Of a stretch of 64,000 nucleotides of DNA, positions 34,144 to 47,503 are shown piece after piece. Positions within the stretch are counted from its first letter, which is position 1. The number at the start of each line of letters is the position of its first letter. The notes below the pieces were generated by a model. It saw nothing but the letters and a program-made list of their open reading frames with translations, ran no database searches and had not been told where the DNA came from. Origin of the DNA: Paraspadella gotoi (lineage: Eukaryota > Animalia > Chaetognatha); NCBI GenBank assembly GCA_051294375.1, contig CM119270.1, positions 10,088,984 through 10,152,983 on the forward strand, read 5' to 3'. The position numbers were made by a program, and so were the translations under genes.

Positions 34144-35990
34144 ATGAAAAAATCTATAAATCAATTGATCTTTCAATCATTACCAGTAGCTGTGCATAAG
34201 TTGGTCAACAGGCATAATTTGGTCAACTTGCATAATTTTGGTAATTTTGCATAATTTGATCAACTTGCATAATTTAATCAACTTGTATGATTTGGTCAAC
34301 TGGCATAATTAATTAATTAATAATTAATTCAAGTTAATTAATTAAAATAAATTTATTTAACGTTATTTTATTTAATTAATTAGGCAATTAATTAATTAAT
34401 TTATCAGAAATGTTGGTTTTGATTGATTAATTGACTTATTAATTAATTATTGATTAATTATGACTAATTGATTAATTAACTGATTAATTATTGGATTAAT
34501 TAATACATCTTGCATTTACATTTAAAATAAAAAGAAAAAGAAGCATAATCAATTAGTGAAATAGGTTCTTTGTTTTTTCCATTTTAACTCATTTCCACTC
34601 AAACGATTCCATCGACACTTGATTTCCAGTTTAATCACACACTTTTCTACCCAAATACAAAATTTCAAGTCAATCGCCCCATCCACTCATGAGTAATTGG
34701 TGTCAAATAGTGAAATTTTTTTTTTTTTAATTAACTCATTTCCACTCGGACGATTCCATCGAAACTCATATACAGCTCAATCACACACTCCCTTCCACAA
34801 ACAAAATTTCATTCCAATCATCCATCCCAATCACGAGTAATTGGTGTTTTTTGCTAAGGTGGAAGGGATGGACGGAGGGACGGACGGACCTTGTTTTTTT
34901 TTGCATAATTTATCATAATTCGATGTTCTGACATGATATACGTGAGTGCCCGACAATATTGAGGGGGCGGGCCGTCTGACCGACAAAGTGAATTATAGAG
35001 TCGGGATCTGCTGAAAGCAGATCCGACTAAAAAAGAAAAATATAGTTTTTTGTTTGAAGTAAAAAATCAAGAAATAAATTTTAAACAGCAATTTCTTCGT
35101 AATTTACATGTTGGCTAATACGGTCTTAGCTGCCGCCTCAGTATAATAAAAATCTTCTTAGAGGCTTCTAATTAATTAATATCAATGCCACACTCGTTGA
35201 TTGACAGATAACGATCTGTAATTAATTAATAACGAAAAACGGATTTCAGAAATCGGCAGAATTGACGGACACCATCGTCGACTCATACGTAACGTAGTTT
35301 TTGGTTCAGTATTACTGGGCGAACTTTTTTCGTGTCAAATTTTATAATTTTCCTTCCTTTTTTTGGTATAATTTTTTTCCGCATCTGTAATTACTTTAAT
35401 GAGAGACTTGGAAATAAAAACAATTCAAAGACAAAGTTTAACGAATAACATTGGTGTTTTAAATTTCTATCCGGTCACCTGGCTGACAAATTTTTAAAAT
35501 TATCTCTCAAATTTAATAACACTAAGTAGTTTAAGGTTAAGCGTTCTACATGCTACGTGCTACTTCACTTGCTTCGCAAAACCAGCTCGAACACAACACA
35601 GTCATACTCATAGTGAAAATGATTGGAGATTCAATTGCAAAATAGAGTCCCTTAATATGTACATTTAATACATTTTAAACGGTTTAAAATTTAGTAAGTA
35701 TAATAATAAAAACTCGTAACCCATCTTTCATTTTCTTTATACTTATCGCATACAAAATAACTTAAAATAGTCAAGTGTTTTAATAACCAACAGTTTTAAA
35801 AAATGTCAAAAATGGAGGATCTTTTTTTAAAATTTAAATACCAGCCAAAAGAATGATCTGGGCCAACAGCAGAATCACGTGACGTCATATGCAACTCATT
35901 AACACAAAAAAGTTGGGGGAAGTTGTAGAGATTCTTTCGAAGGCTCAAACCTCTTCGGGCACGATCGCGGAAGAAGCCTGTGTGTGTGTA

Positions 35991-36046
<56 letters not shown>

Positions 36047-37544
36047 TGAGTAAGAGTTTTTATTTCATAGACAGAAAAACCTAGCAATTAGAAGCATTAG
36101 GTCCTTTGCAATGGAATATCTTTTGGAGAAGTTCATTACTATAATAGGAAGCCATTATCCCATTTTAGTTTATTTAGTTTAGTTTGTAAACATGGAGTTT
36201 ACGAACAAAATTGCCATGTTTTTGCGTTTTAAAATAAAGTAAAAATTTATATATTTTACAATATATTATATATAAGTTTCAATAAATAAAACCCTTAATA
36301 TTTTTAAAAGAATAGATTGAATGTAAATAATATAAATAAAGACTTCTTTTTCGCTTCCCCGTCTGTCTCCCTGAATTTGTAATATATGATCTCTTAACGA
36401 CAAGAGAATTAACGGGACCAGCCGGGAATCTAAAAACGACTGTTGTAAAAAGTAAGACACGATTTTGTAACAAATTTATTTTAAATGAATATATAAGAAG
36501 AACCATTCGTTCTTTATTGCCTGCGCCTTATTTTGAAAGTTCGGTTTTTAAGTATGTTATTGATAATAATTTTTTCGACAGTTCAAAAGGGTCTTCTTTT
36601 GAACGTGTCGCGCCGTTATTTTTGTCCTAAATTATATCCCTGTGAGAAAGGACGATGGAGTAGTTCTATAAATTGGCGGCAATTTAAATCAAAAATTGTG
36701 GAAAAATAATGAATGGGGTCACAAGAATCAGAAAAAATATGAGTCGAAGAATGTGTTAGGGTGCACCTAACCTGTCAAGCGAAGACTAATGCGTTGTTCT
36801 CGATACAAAACTCAGAGCATCAATCACACACACAAAAAATTTAAAAAATACCATATCTGCGTAGCGAATGCTGCGGCTGGCTTACAAACAAAAATATTCG
36901 AAATCTGGCTTACGCGTTTATCAATTTTTTGAACAGTGATTGAAAATCCAGAGGGGCGAAAAATGTGTCTTTATGATGCTTATAAAAAAGCTTAGACAAG
37001 TTTACGACACAACTCTCTTTTAGTACTTTGGTATTTAAGATTCAAGAATATATTTCGAATATTTTTATACATGATAATATGTTAACGAGGGTAATTTACG
37101 CCTTAAAACTTAGCAACGATACATAGAGAGAAAGACGCTGAAAAAGGAGAGGAAGGGAACCTAACTGATTTTTGAATGGGTGTAATTTGTCAACAGCAAA
37201 CTTTTTGCTTCTTTCCATTCAAGAATACGTTTTCAGCTTTCGTCAGTGTTTCCTCTTTCTTTTTCTTCTTTCTTATTACTTATTCTTATATTAACTCTAA
37301 TAGTGTCTGAAATTTGGTTCAACCTAATAGTGGTAAAAACAAGTTTGAGCAAACAATGTTGGATCTGCCACATGATAATTAAGCGGTAATCAGCAAATAA
37401 ATAAATCAATAGATAAATAAATAAATACTATAGTAGAATAATTTACAAATAAAGTACAAATAATTTTTTTTAACTTACATCTTTTTTTAAATTGCTTCAT
37501 TTTTTCAACTTGCTTAATTTTGCTAACATCATCCTTCAGCCAAT

Positions 37545-37748
37545 CATCCATTTCTCAGAGGGGGAACACCATCCAAGCGTAGGGTTCGATCCACAGTTCT
37601 GACGACTTCCTCTCCGTTGGCAAAGCGAGCCCATCCTAGGGTAACCGCGCCATTGACTGGATGCCTCACTGAGGGTCGGAAGTCCCTTAAGCCAACAGTG
37701 AGATGCCCCATCCCAATGGGCTTTACAGGCAACCTGGCTGTTGCTAAA
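37545..37748 (-). repeat. GC-rich interspersed repeat (SINE/LINE-UTR-like, unclassified)
   Basis: Diverged homologue at about 61050-61305 (shared CCCATTGGGATG..CATCTCACTGT, GGCGCGGTTACC, GAACTGTGGAT); mirror copy at 50870-51075. Confidence 0.7.
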
Positions 37749-38232
37749 ATCATAACTTGCATCATTCTTTCAACTTGAATCATTTTTTCAATATGCATAA
37801 TTTTTTTTAACTTGCATCATTTTTTCAAATTGCATCATTAGGGGTAGCCGCACTCAATGGGGTGAGTCAAAAAATTATAGAGTGAGTACAAGCTAAACGG
37901 AAATTTATACATTTTTAAGTATACTTTTTACAAAAAAATTCTTATATGGCTCTATACCCTAGTAATTAATTTTTTAATATTTATTATAGATAGGAAAGGT
38001 ATCAAAAAATTTGTGTTAAGGAATTTGAAATTTCAAGACCAGATTCAGATAGCTCATAAAAAATTGTCTACACAAATGTATAATTCTTTAAATACTTTTA
38101 TGATAAGTAGGTCAAAAATAGATTATCAAAAAACTAAAATTAATATAATTTGTAATTTGTAATAGATATGTTTAGCGAATATTATAAAACCTAATACTTA
38201 AAATAGTGAAACAAGTAATTTTGCAATTTTAG

Positions 38233-38965
38233 AGAAAAAAAGTTTGATAATATATTTTCAACAATTTTTATTTTTCATAGAAAAACGGACATGTTTCGGT
38301 TTACAATCCAGTCTTCTTCAGCGTAAGAGTTTTACAAAATTTTGCAAATTATGTTCAAAGAAGAAAGAAAGAGAGAGAGAAAAGAGAGAGAGAAAGAGAG
38401 AGAGAGAGAGGGCAAAAAGTTTTTAAAACACAAAGTGAGAAAAGGATAGTGATCAGAAGTGAGGACAGGCTGAAGGTAAGGACAGATAGAGTAAGTTTTG
38501 AAAAAAAATGAAAATGGCCAGAGAGAAAGGGAGAGAGTGAGAGAGACAGTTAGGAAATAATACATTTTGTATTGTAATTTTTATCTTTGTTGTACATTAC
38601 GAAATGTATTTTTACCAAATGTCTATCTCTCTATCTCTCTCTGATCATTTTCACTTCTTTTCAAACTTACTCTATATGTCCTATTACCTTCAGCCCGTCC
38701 TCACTTCTGACCACTATCCTTTTCTCAACTCTGTATTAGAAACTTTTTGCCCTCTCTTTCTTTCTTTCTTCTCTCTCTCTCTTTTTCTCTCTTCTTTTGC
38801 ACATAATTTGCCAATATTTTCACAAACTCTTAACGCTGAACAAAGCTTGAATTGTAAGCCGAAACATGTACATTTTTCTATGAAAAATAAAAATTGTTGT
38901 TGAAAACATTTTAAAACTTTTTTCTAAATCTCAAACACAATGAAAAAGAAGGATTATAAATTGTA
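38233..38965. mobile_element. Larger Penelope-like pLTR inverted repeat (~330-bp arms) with degenerate hammerhead cores in both arms
   Basis: Arms about 38233-38565 and 38600-38925 are reverse complements; cores at 38288-38321 (-) and 38836-38870 (+); the tail tctcaaacacaatgaaaaagaagga resembles 34106-34135; mirror copy at about 49660-50385. Confidence 0.72.
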
Positions 38966-40799
38966 ACAAGTCTAATTAAAATTTTACCAAAAAAGATAGT
39001 TTAAATTATTCTAACAATGTATTAATGTCTAAATAGAGTATTTTTATAAGTAATAACAAATGTAAAGGAAGGAAGCGATGTGCACTCGAAACCGAAAGCA
39101 ATCAGGGATAAAAAAGTAGGGATTTCACCCGAAAACGGAAGCGGGAGGGTCTCGGGAATCGCCGGATTGGCAGCGGTTCCACATCTCTGCTTGTAAGTGA
39201 TTAAAATGTTTCGGCGCAGCTATTGTTTAGTATGGTACGATCTGTTCTGATCAGTTCTGATCAAATTGAAAGAATTATCGTGATTTATCATCTGATTAGC
39301 TGATTACCGCTTTATTATCGTAGGCAGAACCGACATTGTTTGCTAAAACTTATTTTTCTATTTATTATCTTTAATAAATACATTAATAATATTTATGCCA
39401 GATTTCTGTTAGTTTATAACTTGTTCTGCCTTAATACACCAACTCACAATTCCGGATAGAAAAACGGTATTTTTTTCTAGAAGTTTTTTTTAAGTTAAGG
39501 ATTGGATTGAAAGTTAGGGTTAGGGTATAGCTAGGGATTAAGTTTAGATATTAAGTTAATAATTAGCTAAATTATAGATTCGCCGACGAGGAATTTGCGG
39601 TCGGTTATTGAAATATGAAATCTCATAATACAAAAAAAAATAATACTGATAAGAGCAGTAAAACTTTTAATTAAAAATTTTATTTTGAAAACTACCCCAA
39701 CTCTAACCACCCCTAACAGTAACGACCCCTAACCTGAACCACCCCAAATCCCTAACCCTAACTATCCCTAACCTAAATAACCCTAACTCCTAATCCTAAC
39801 CAATTAATGAAGAATGTACAAATTTTTTTTAAAGAATTGTTTGCCAATTAACAAAGAATGTAAATATTTATGTTATTCTTAATAATACTAAATATATGAA
39901 ATTGGTACAACCAATATAAAAATTATCCATTCATTTAATAAATAAGCTATCTTGTCCCTGACTTTGGACAGGCTTTGGTGGTTTAAGGGTGGTTTAAGGG
40001 TTGGGAAGCAAAACTTATAAAAAATTATTATCTTTATAAATAAACGCTTATCTCCTGAACCGTTTGATGGATATCAATGAAATTTATATAAAATATAAAT
40101 CAAACGAGAGAAGGTGAAAGTTGCGTACATCTTTGTGAAAAAGTCTTTACAAATTTTAGTTCTCAACTTAACAATGGTATATTGAAAAGCTTCCAAACTT
40201 AGGTTTTAGGACCTGGGGGCAGTCTGCTTTAAGACGTCCTACATTCAGCGAATAAAAAGTCAGACAGGATAAGTCTAATGACTCCAAATAAAAATCTTAC
40301 TCATTACTAAAATACTGTAGCTGTATTACTGTATGAGGCAGTATATAATTTTTAAAGCTTGGGTTATCATCTTGAGGACTGTTAACCTCTACCCAAGGCC
40401 TTAAATGATATCTAATTTCATATCAATGTGTTTCAGCACTTGTTTATTAATCATAAAATTAAACTAACCTATAGTTTTTAGCCCATTCTTTGTGACATAA
40501 CGATAATGTTTGGTATAATAATTGCTAAAAACATAATAAGTTATTTTGTTCAGTGTTTTTAATTTAATTTAATTTACTGTCAAGTCTATTTTGATTGATT
40601 TTGGCGCAAAAGATACTGACACCTAACTCTCTCTCTCTCTCTATATATAATTTAAGTTAATATTATTAAGCTAAGCTAAGCTTTCATTTGAGATCTTTTA
40701 CGATAATTTTATAAAAATTTAAAAATATTTTGCCATTTATATAGAATTATAAGTTTTGATTCCGGACCCTGTATATTTTTTTAACTAACAAAAATGTAA

Positions 40800-42020
40800 A
40801 AAACAAGTTTGAGCAAACAATGTCGGATCTGCTACGAAAATTAATTAATTAATTAATCGATTAATTAATTAATTTTAATATTTAATAATTAATTATAAAT
40901 TTATATACAGCTTATCATCATCGATGTCCTTAAAATAAAGTAAATGTGACTTATATTTTTTCCATTTAAACTCATTTCCACTGGCACAATTCCCTTAAAA
41001 CTTTATATCTAGCTTCTTCACAAACTTTCCTTCCCGCTCACAAAATTTCATCTCAATGTATTATGGTGTAAAATAAGTAAAAAGAGTCAAGTAAATGTGA
41101 CTCATATTTTTTTTATTTAAACTCATTTCCACTCGTACTGAAACTTTATATCAAGCTTCATCACACATTTTCTACCACACACAAATTTGAACTCAATCTA
41201 TCCATCCAATTATGATTAATTAGAGTATTTATTGGTTAAAATAAGTAAAAATATTTAGTAAATGCGACTTATGTTTTTTCCATTTAAACTCATATCCACT
41301 CACATGATTCCGTCGAAACTTTATATCCAGCTTCATCACACATGTTCCTACCAATACACAAAATTTCATTTCGATCCACAGCCAATCACGAGTTATTGGA
41401 GCTTTTTGCTAAGGTGGGACGGATGGACGGATTGATGACTGATTAATTAATTAGTGATTAATTAATTGACTAATTGATTAATTAACTGATTAATTATTGA
41501 TTTATTAATACATCCTGCATATACATTAATATAAAAGGAAAAAAAAGCATAATAAATTAGTGAAACAGGTTCTTTGTTTTTTCCATTTAAAATCATTTCC
41601 ACTCAAACGATTCCATCGAAACTTGATTTCCAGTTTAATCATACGCCCCATCCACTCATGAGCAATTGGTGTTCAAATAGTGATTATATTTTTTGTTTTT
41701 TCCATTTAAACTAATTTCCACTTGGACGATTCCATCGAAACTTTATATCCAGCTCAATCACACACTTCCCTACTCACACACAAATTTCATTCAAATCCAT
41801 CCATCCAATCACGAGTAATTGGTGTTTTTGCTAAGGTGGATGGACGAATGGACGGACAGACAGACGGACGGACGGACCTCATTTTTTTTGCATAATTTAT
41901 CATAATTCGATGTTCTGACATGATATAAGTTAGTGCCCGTTAATATGAGGGGGCGGACCGACGGACCGACAAAGTGAATTATAGAGTCGGTATCTGCTGA
42001 TAAGCAGATCCGACTAAAAA
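40800..42020 (-). mobile_element. DINE-1/HINE-like Helentron-associated element with central tandem repeats
   Basis: On the minus strand: T-run, 5' subterminal IR GTCGGATCTGC inside a hairpin, (GTCC)n microsatellite, ~130-190-bp tandem units, 3' IR GCAGATCCGAC, stem-loop GTTTG-ct-CAAAC and CTTGTTTT end. More ends or copies at 37337, 39330, 52598, 53000, 61461, 63735-63800. Confidence 0.78.
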
Positions 42021-42704
42021 TTTAAATGAATATTTATAATACTGCGTTAACTGAAACTCGACCTTAAAGTTAAAGGGAAACAAAAGTCATGTGATTAACA
42101 AAACACCCCGGTGGTAGCTAAGGTTGGTATTAGAATGGAGCTCTTTGGTATAAAAATTGTATTTAAGTGAACAAACAAGGATATTTAGATGTGAGATAGT
42201 ATGATTATTGAATATAAAAAACTATTTTTCTCAGATTGTTTTGGGAATAGAATCATAAAATAAAATATATTTATAATAATATCAGAATAAAATTATTATT
42301 TTTTAAATAATTTTTTTGAGAATTTTTATTACAGATTAGTACTCGCGGCGCAACTAAATACATTAAAAAACCATGGAGATGGATTTTTCGCTGGTGTTTA
42401 AAAAATTTGGTATCAAAATAATTTGATATCAAAATAATTTTCGAAATTTTGAAATTATCCTTATAAATACCTAATTTATGTTGTTTCGGTTGTTGTTTTT
42501 TAATTTAATCTACTTATATTTAACTTCTGAAATACAACGAATCTTCTTGGGATTCACCTGACTACTCATTACACCCTAACCTCTACCGACTCCAGATCCT
42601 CTCTGACACCCAGGCAGGGAAGAAAGATCTTCAAGTTCATAATCCAGCCAGATGTTCTCGCTTTCATTTTGTCTTTCCGATCTCCGGACTCCCTTTCAAA
42701 GAGG

Positions 42705-42777
<73 letters not shown>

Positions 42778-42819
42778 AACACACTAACGCTACACCCACA
42801 GAAAACACATATGAAAGAA

Positions 42820-42844
42820 NNNNNNNNNNNNNNNNNNNNNNNNN
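42820..42844. other. 25-N gap with duplicated flanks
   Basis: (CT)n-cacaaacacactaacgctacacccacagaaaacacatatgaaagaa occurs on both sides. Confidence 1.
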
Positions 42845-43089
42845 CTCTCTCTCTCTCTCTCTCCACAAACACACTAACGCTACACCCACAGAAAACACAT
42901 ATGAAAGAAAAACGCAAAAACATGCAATTTTGTTCGTAAACTCCATGTTTACAAACTAAACTAAATAAACTAAAATGGGATAATGGCTTCCTATTATAGT
43001 AATGAACTTCTCCAAAAGATATTCCATTGCAAAGGACCTAATGCTTCTAATTGCTAGGTTTTCTGTCATGAAATAAAAACTCTTACTCA

Positions 43090-43157
<68 letters not shown>

Positions 43158-45881
43158 CAACACACAATACACACACACAGGCTTCTTCCGCGATCGTGCC
43201 CGAAGAGGTTTGAGCCTTCGAAAGAATCTCTACAACTTCCCCCAACTTTTTTGTGTTAATGAGTTGCATATGACGTCACGTGATTCTGCTGTTGGCCCAG
43301 ATCATTCTTTTTGGCTGGTATTTAAATTTTAAAAAAAGATCCTCCATTTTTGACATTTTTTAAAACTGTTGGTTATTAAAACACTTGACTATTTTAAGTT
43401 ATTTTGTATGCGATAAGTATAAAGAAAATGAAAGATGGGTTACGAGTTTTTATTATTATACTTACTAAATTTTAAACCGTTTAAAATGTATTAAATGTAC
43501 ATATTAAGGGACTCTATTTTGCAATTGAATCTCCAATCATTTTCACTATGAGTATGACTGTGTTGTGTTCGAGCTGGTTTTGCGAAGCAAGTGAAGTAGC
43601 ACGTAGCATGTAGAACGCTTAACCTTAAACTACTTTACTACTTAGTGTTATTAAATTTGAGAGATAATTTTAAAAATTTGTCAGCCAGGTGACCGGATAG
43701 AAATTTAAAACACCAATGTTATTCGTTAAACTTTGTCTTTGAATTGTTTTTATTTCCAAGTCTCTCATTAAAGTAATTACAGATGCGGAAAAAATTATAC
43801 CAAAAAAAGGAAGGAAAATTATAAAATTTGACACGAAAAAAGTTCGCCCAGTAATACTGAACCAAAAACTACGTTACGTATGAGTCGACGATGGTGTCCG
43901 TCAATTCTGCCGATTTCTGAAATCCGTTTTTCGTTATTAATTAATTACAGATCGTTATCCGTCAATCACGAGTGTGGCATTGATATTAATTAATTAGAAG
44001 CCTCTAAGAAGATTTTTATTATACTGAGGCGGCAGCTAAGACCGTATTAGCCAACATGATAAACTAAGAAAATTGCTGTTTAAAATTTATTTCTTGATTT
44101 TTTACTTCAAACAAAAAACTATATTTTTTCTTTTTAGTCGGATCTGCTTTCAGCAGATCCCGACTCTATAATTCACTTTGTCGGTCAGACGGCCCGCCCC
44201 CCTCAATATTGTCGGGCACTACGTATATCATGTCAGAACATCGAATTATGATAAATTATGCAAAAAAAAACAAGTCGTCCGTCCCTCCGTCCATCCTTTC
44301 CACCTTAGCAAAACACACACATTACTCGTGATTGGATGGATGGATTGGAATGAAATTTTGTTTGTGGGTAGGGAAGTGTGTGATTGAGCTGTATATGAAG
44401 TTTCGATGGAATCGGCCGAGTGGAAATGAGGTTAAAATTAAAAAAAAAAAAAATTTCACTATTTGAACACCAATTACTCATGAGTGGATGGGGCGATTGA
44501 CTTGAAAATTTGTATTTGGGTAGAAAAGTGTGTGATTAAACTGGAAATCAAGTGTCGATGGAATCGTTTGAGTGGAAATGAGTTAAAATGGAAAAAAACA
44601 AAGAACCTATTTCACTAATTGATTATGCTTTCTTTCTTTATTTAAATGTAAATGCAAGATGTATTAATTAATCCAATAATTAATCAGTATAATACAATTA
44701 GTCAATTAATTAATCAATAATTAATTAATAAGTCAATTAATCAATCAAAACCAACATTTCTGATTAAATTAATTAATTAATTGCCTAATTAATTAAATAA
44801 ATAACTTAAATAAATTAATTATTTAATTAATTAAATAATTAATTAACTTGAATTAATTATTAATTAATTAATTATGCCAGTTGACACCAAATCATACAAG
44901 TTGATTAATTATGCAAGTTGATCAAATTATGCAAAATTACCAAATTATGCAAGTTGACCAAATTATGCCTGTTGACCAACTTATGCACAGCTACTGGTAA
45001 TGATTGAAAGATCAATTGATTTATAGATTTTTTCATTCATGGTAATTATCTTCTTTTCGTTGTTTGAGAGGTTACAAGTTGATATTTTGAACGAATTTTA
45101 TTTTAAGCAGAATGTTTCGCTAATCTGAAGAGGCTTATTTGAGACATGTCTGCAACGAGATGCTTTATAGTTTACATTAGTATATGACGGCACTGCACAT
45201 AAGTATTATCGGCTGCACAGAAGAATGATCGCTATTGAGAAGGCTGAGCCGTGAACTTTAGCCGTGACATCTGCTCTTATAAAATAAAAATTCGTTGCAA
45301 AATAATACATAACTTTGTTAAGATTTTTTCATATATTTTATAAAAGTCTTTTATGATTTGTTATGTTACGATTTGTTACAATCTATTAAGATCACAAATT
45401 GAGAGTCAGAAAAAATTACCATATATATCCCGGAGCTATTACCGCTTAATTATTGTAGGCAATCCGACGTTGTTTGCTCAAACTTGTTTACCATTTTTAC
45501 AGAATATAAAACACAAAGGCTTGCTCAAATATTTTTAAAAAAGGCTTTTTGTTACTTGAAGTTAAACAAAAATTCAATACGGCATAATTGTATGCTTGAT
45601 ACATTAGAGATAATATCTGGCAAAGAGATGCGGTATCATCCAACGTGTATGTTTCAGCCTTGTGTGTAATGTGAAGAAGTCACGTGATCACATTGAAAGA
45701 CGGACAATCTCATGATAAGAGAATCAATCTGTCATCGTTTGTGAAATATTTATTTATTTTAATTAATATTTAAGATAAGTGCGCATCGTGAGACGCTTAT
45801 TAGTTATTACGCATATTTCAACTTGTGTAGTGTAATATGGTAATCACTATAGTCATATAAGAAAGTAAATGTGCGCCAGCA

Positions 45882-45922
<41 letters not shown>

Positions 45923-46650
45923 TCTTTGAAAGGGAGGTCCGGAGATCGGAAAGACAAAATGAAAGCGAGAACATCTGGCTGGATTATGAACTTGAAGATC
46001 TTTCTTCCCTGCCTGTGGGTGTCAGAGAGGATCTGGAGTCGGTAGAGGTTAGGGTGTAATGAGTAGTCAGGTGAATCCCAAGAAGATTCGTTGTATTTCA
46101 GAAGTTAAATATGAAGTAGATTAAATTAAAAAACAACAACCGAAACAACATAAATTAGGTATTTATAAGGATAATTTCAAAATTTCGAAAATTATTTTGA
46201 TATCAAATTATTTTGATACCAAATTTTTTAAACACCAGCGAAAAATCCATCTCCATGGTTTTTTAATGTATTTAGTTGCGCCGCGAGTACTAATCTGTAA
46301 TAAAAATTCTCAAAAAATTAATTTAAAAAATAATAATTTTATTCTGATATTATTATAAATATATTTTATTTTATGATTCTATTCCCAAAACAATCTGAGA
46401 AAAATAGTTTTTATATTCAATAATCATACTATCTCACATCTAAATATCCTTGTTTGTTCACTTAAATACAATTTTTATACCAAAGAGCTCCATTCTAATA
46501 CCCAACCTTAGCTACCACCGGTTGGTGTTTTGTTAATCACATGACTTTTGTTTTCCCTTTAACTTTAAGGTCGAGTTTCAGTTAACGCAGTATTATAAAT
46601 ATTCATTTAAATTTTTAGTCGGATCTGCTTATCAGCAGATACCGACTCTA

Positions 46651-47503
46651 NNNNNNNNNNNNNNNNNNNNNNNNNNNNNNNNNNNNNNNNNNNNNNNNNN
46701 NNNNNNNNNNNNNNNNNNNNNNNNNNNNNNNNNNNNNNNNNNNNNNNNNNNNNNNNNNNNNNNNNNNNNNNNNNNNNNNNNNNNNNNNNNNNNNNNNNNN
46801 NNNNNNNNNNNNNNNNNNNNNNNNNNNNNNNNNNNNNNNNNNNNNNNNNNNNNNNNNNNNNNNNNNNNNNNNNNNNNNNNNNNNNNNNNNNNNNNNNNNN
46901 NNNNNNNNNNNNNNNNNNNNNNNNNNNNNNNNNNNNNNNNNNNNNNNNNNNNNNNNNNNNNNNNNNNNNNNNNNNNNNNNNNNNNNNNNNNNNNNNNNNN
47001 NNNNNNNNNNNNNNNNNNNNNNNNNNNNNNNNNNNNNNNNNNNNNNNNNNNNNNNNNNNNNNNNNNNNNNNNNNNNNNNNNNNNNNNNNNNNNNNNNNNN
47101 NNNNNNNNNNNNNNNNNNNNNNNNNNNNNNNNNNNNNNNNNNNNNNNNNNNNNNNNNNNNNNNNNNNNNNNNNNNNNNNNNNNNNNNNNNNNNNNNNNNN
47201 NNNNNNNNNNNNNNNNNNNNNNNNNNNNNNNNNNNNNNNNNNNNNNNNNNNNNNNNNNNNNNNNNNNNNNNNNNNNNNNNNNNNNNNNNNNNNNNNNNNN
47301 NNNNNNNNNNNNNNNNNNNNNNNNNNNNNNNNNNNNNNNNNNNNNNNNNNNNNNNNNNNNNNNNNNNNNNNNNNNNNNNNNNNNNNNNNNNNNNNNNNNN
47401 NNNNNNNNNNNNNNNNNNNNNNNNNNNNNNNNNNNNNNNNNNNNNNNNNNNNNNNNNNNNNNNNNNNNNNNNNNNNNNNNNNNNNNNNNNNNNNNNNNNN
47501 NNN
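46651..47503. other. Assembly gap (N run)
   Basis: N characters; corresponds to about 41037-41981 in the mirror copy. Confidence 1.

Larger units (their letters stand above)
33772..35033 (-). mobile_element. DINE-1/HINE-like Helentron-associated element
   Basis: Same termini as 40800-42020 (AACAAGTTTGAGCAAACAA.GTCGGATCTGCC ... GCAGATCCGACTAAAAA); contains the pLTR hairpin insertion. Confidence 0.7.
36227..45886 (-). repeat. Inverted copy of both flanks (dup-INV-dup)
   Basis: 33365-36230 is the reverse complement of 42909-45886, and 36227-~42770 is the reverse complement of 45887-52388; near-identical apart from small indels. Confidence 0.9.

Noticed and set aside
40950-41830. CRISPR-like repeat-spacer appearance
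   Set aside because: Eukaryotic context; units are homologous along their whole length and lie inside a HINE; no cas genes
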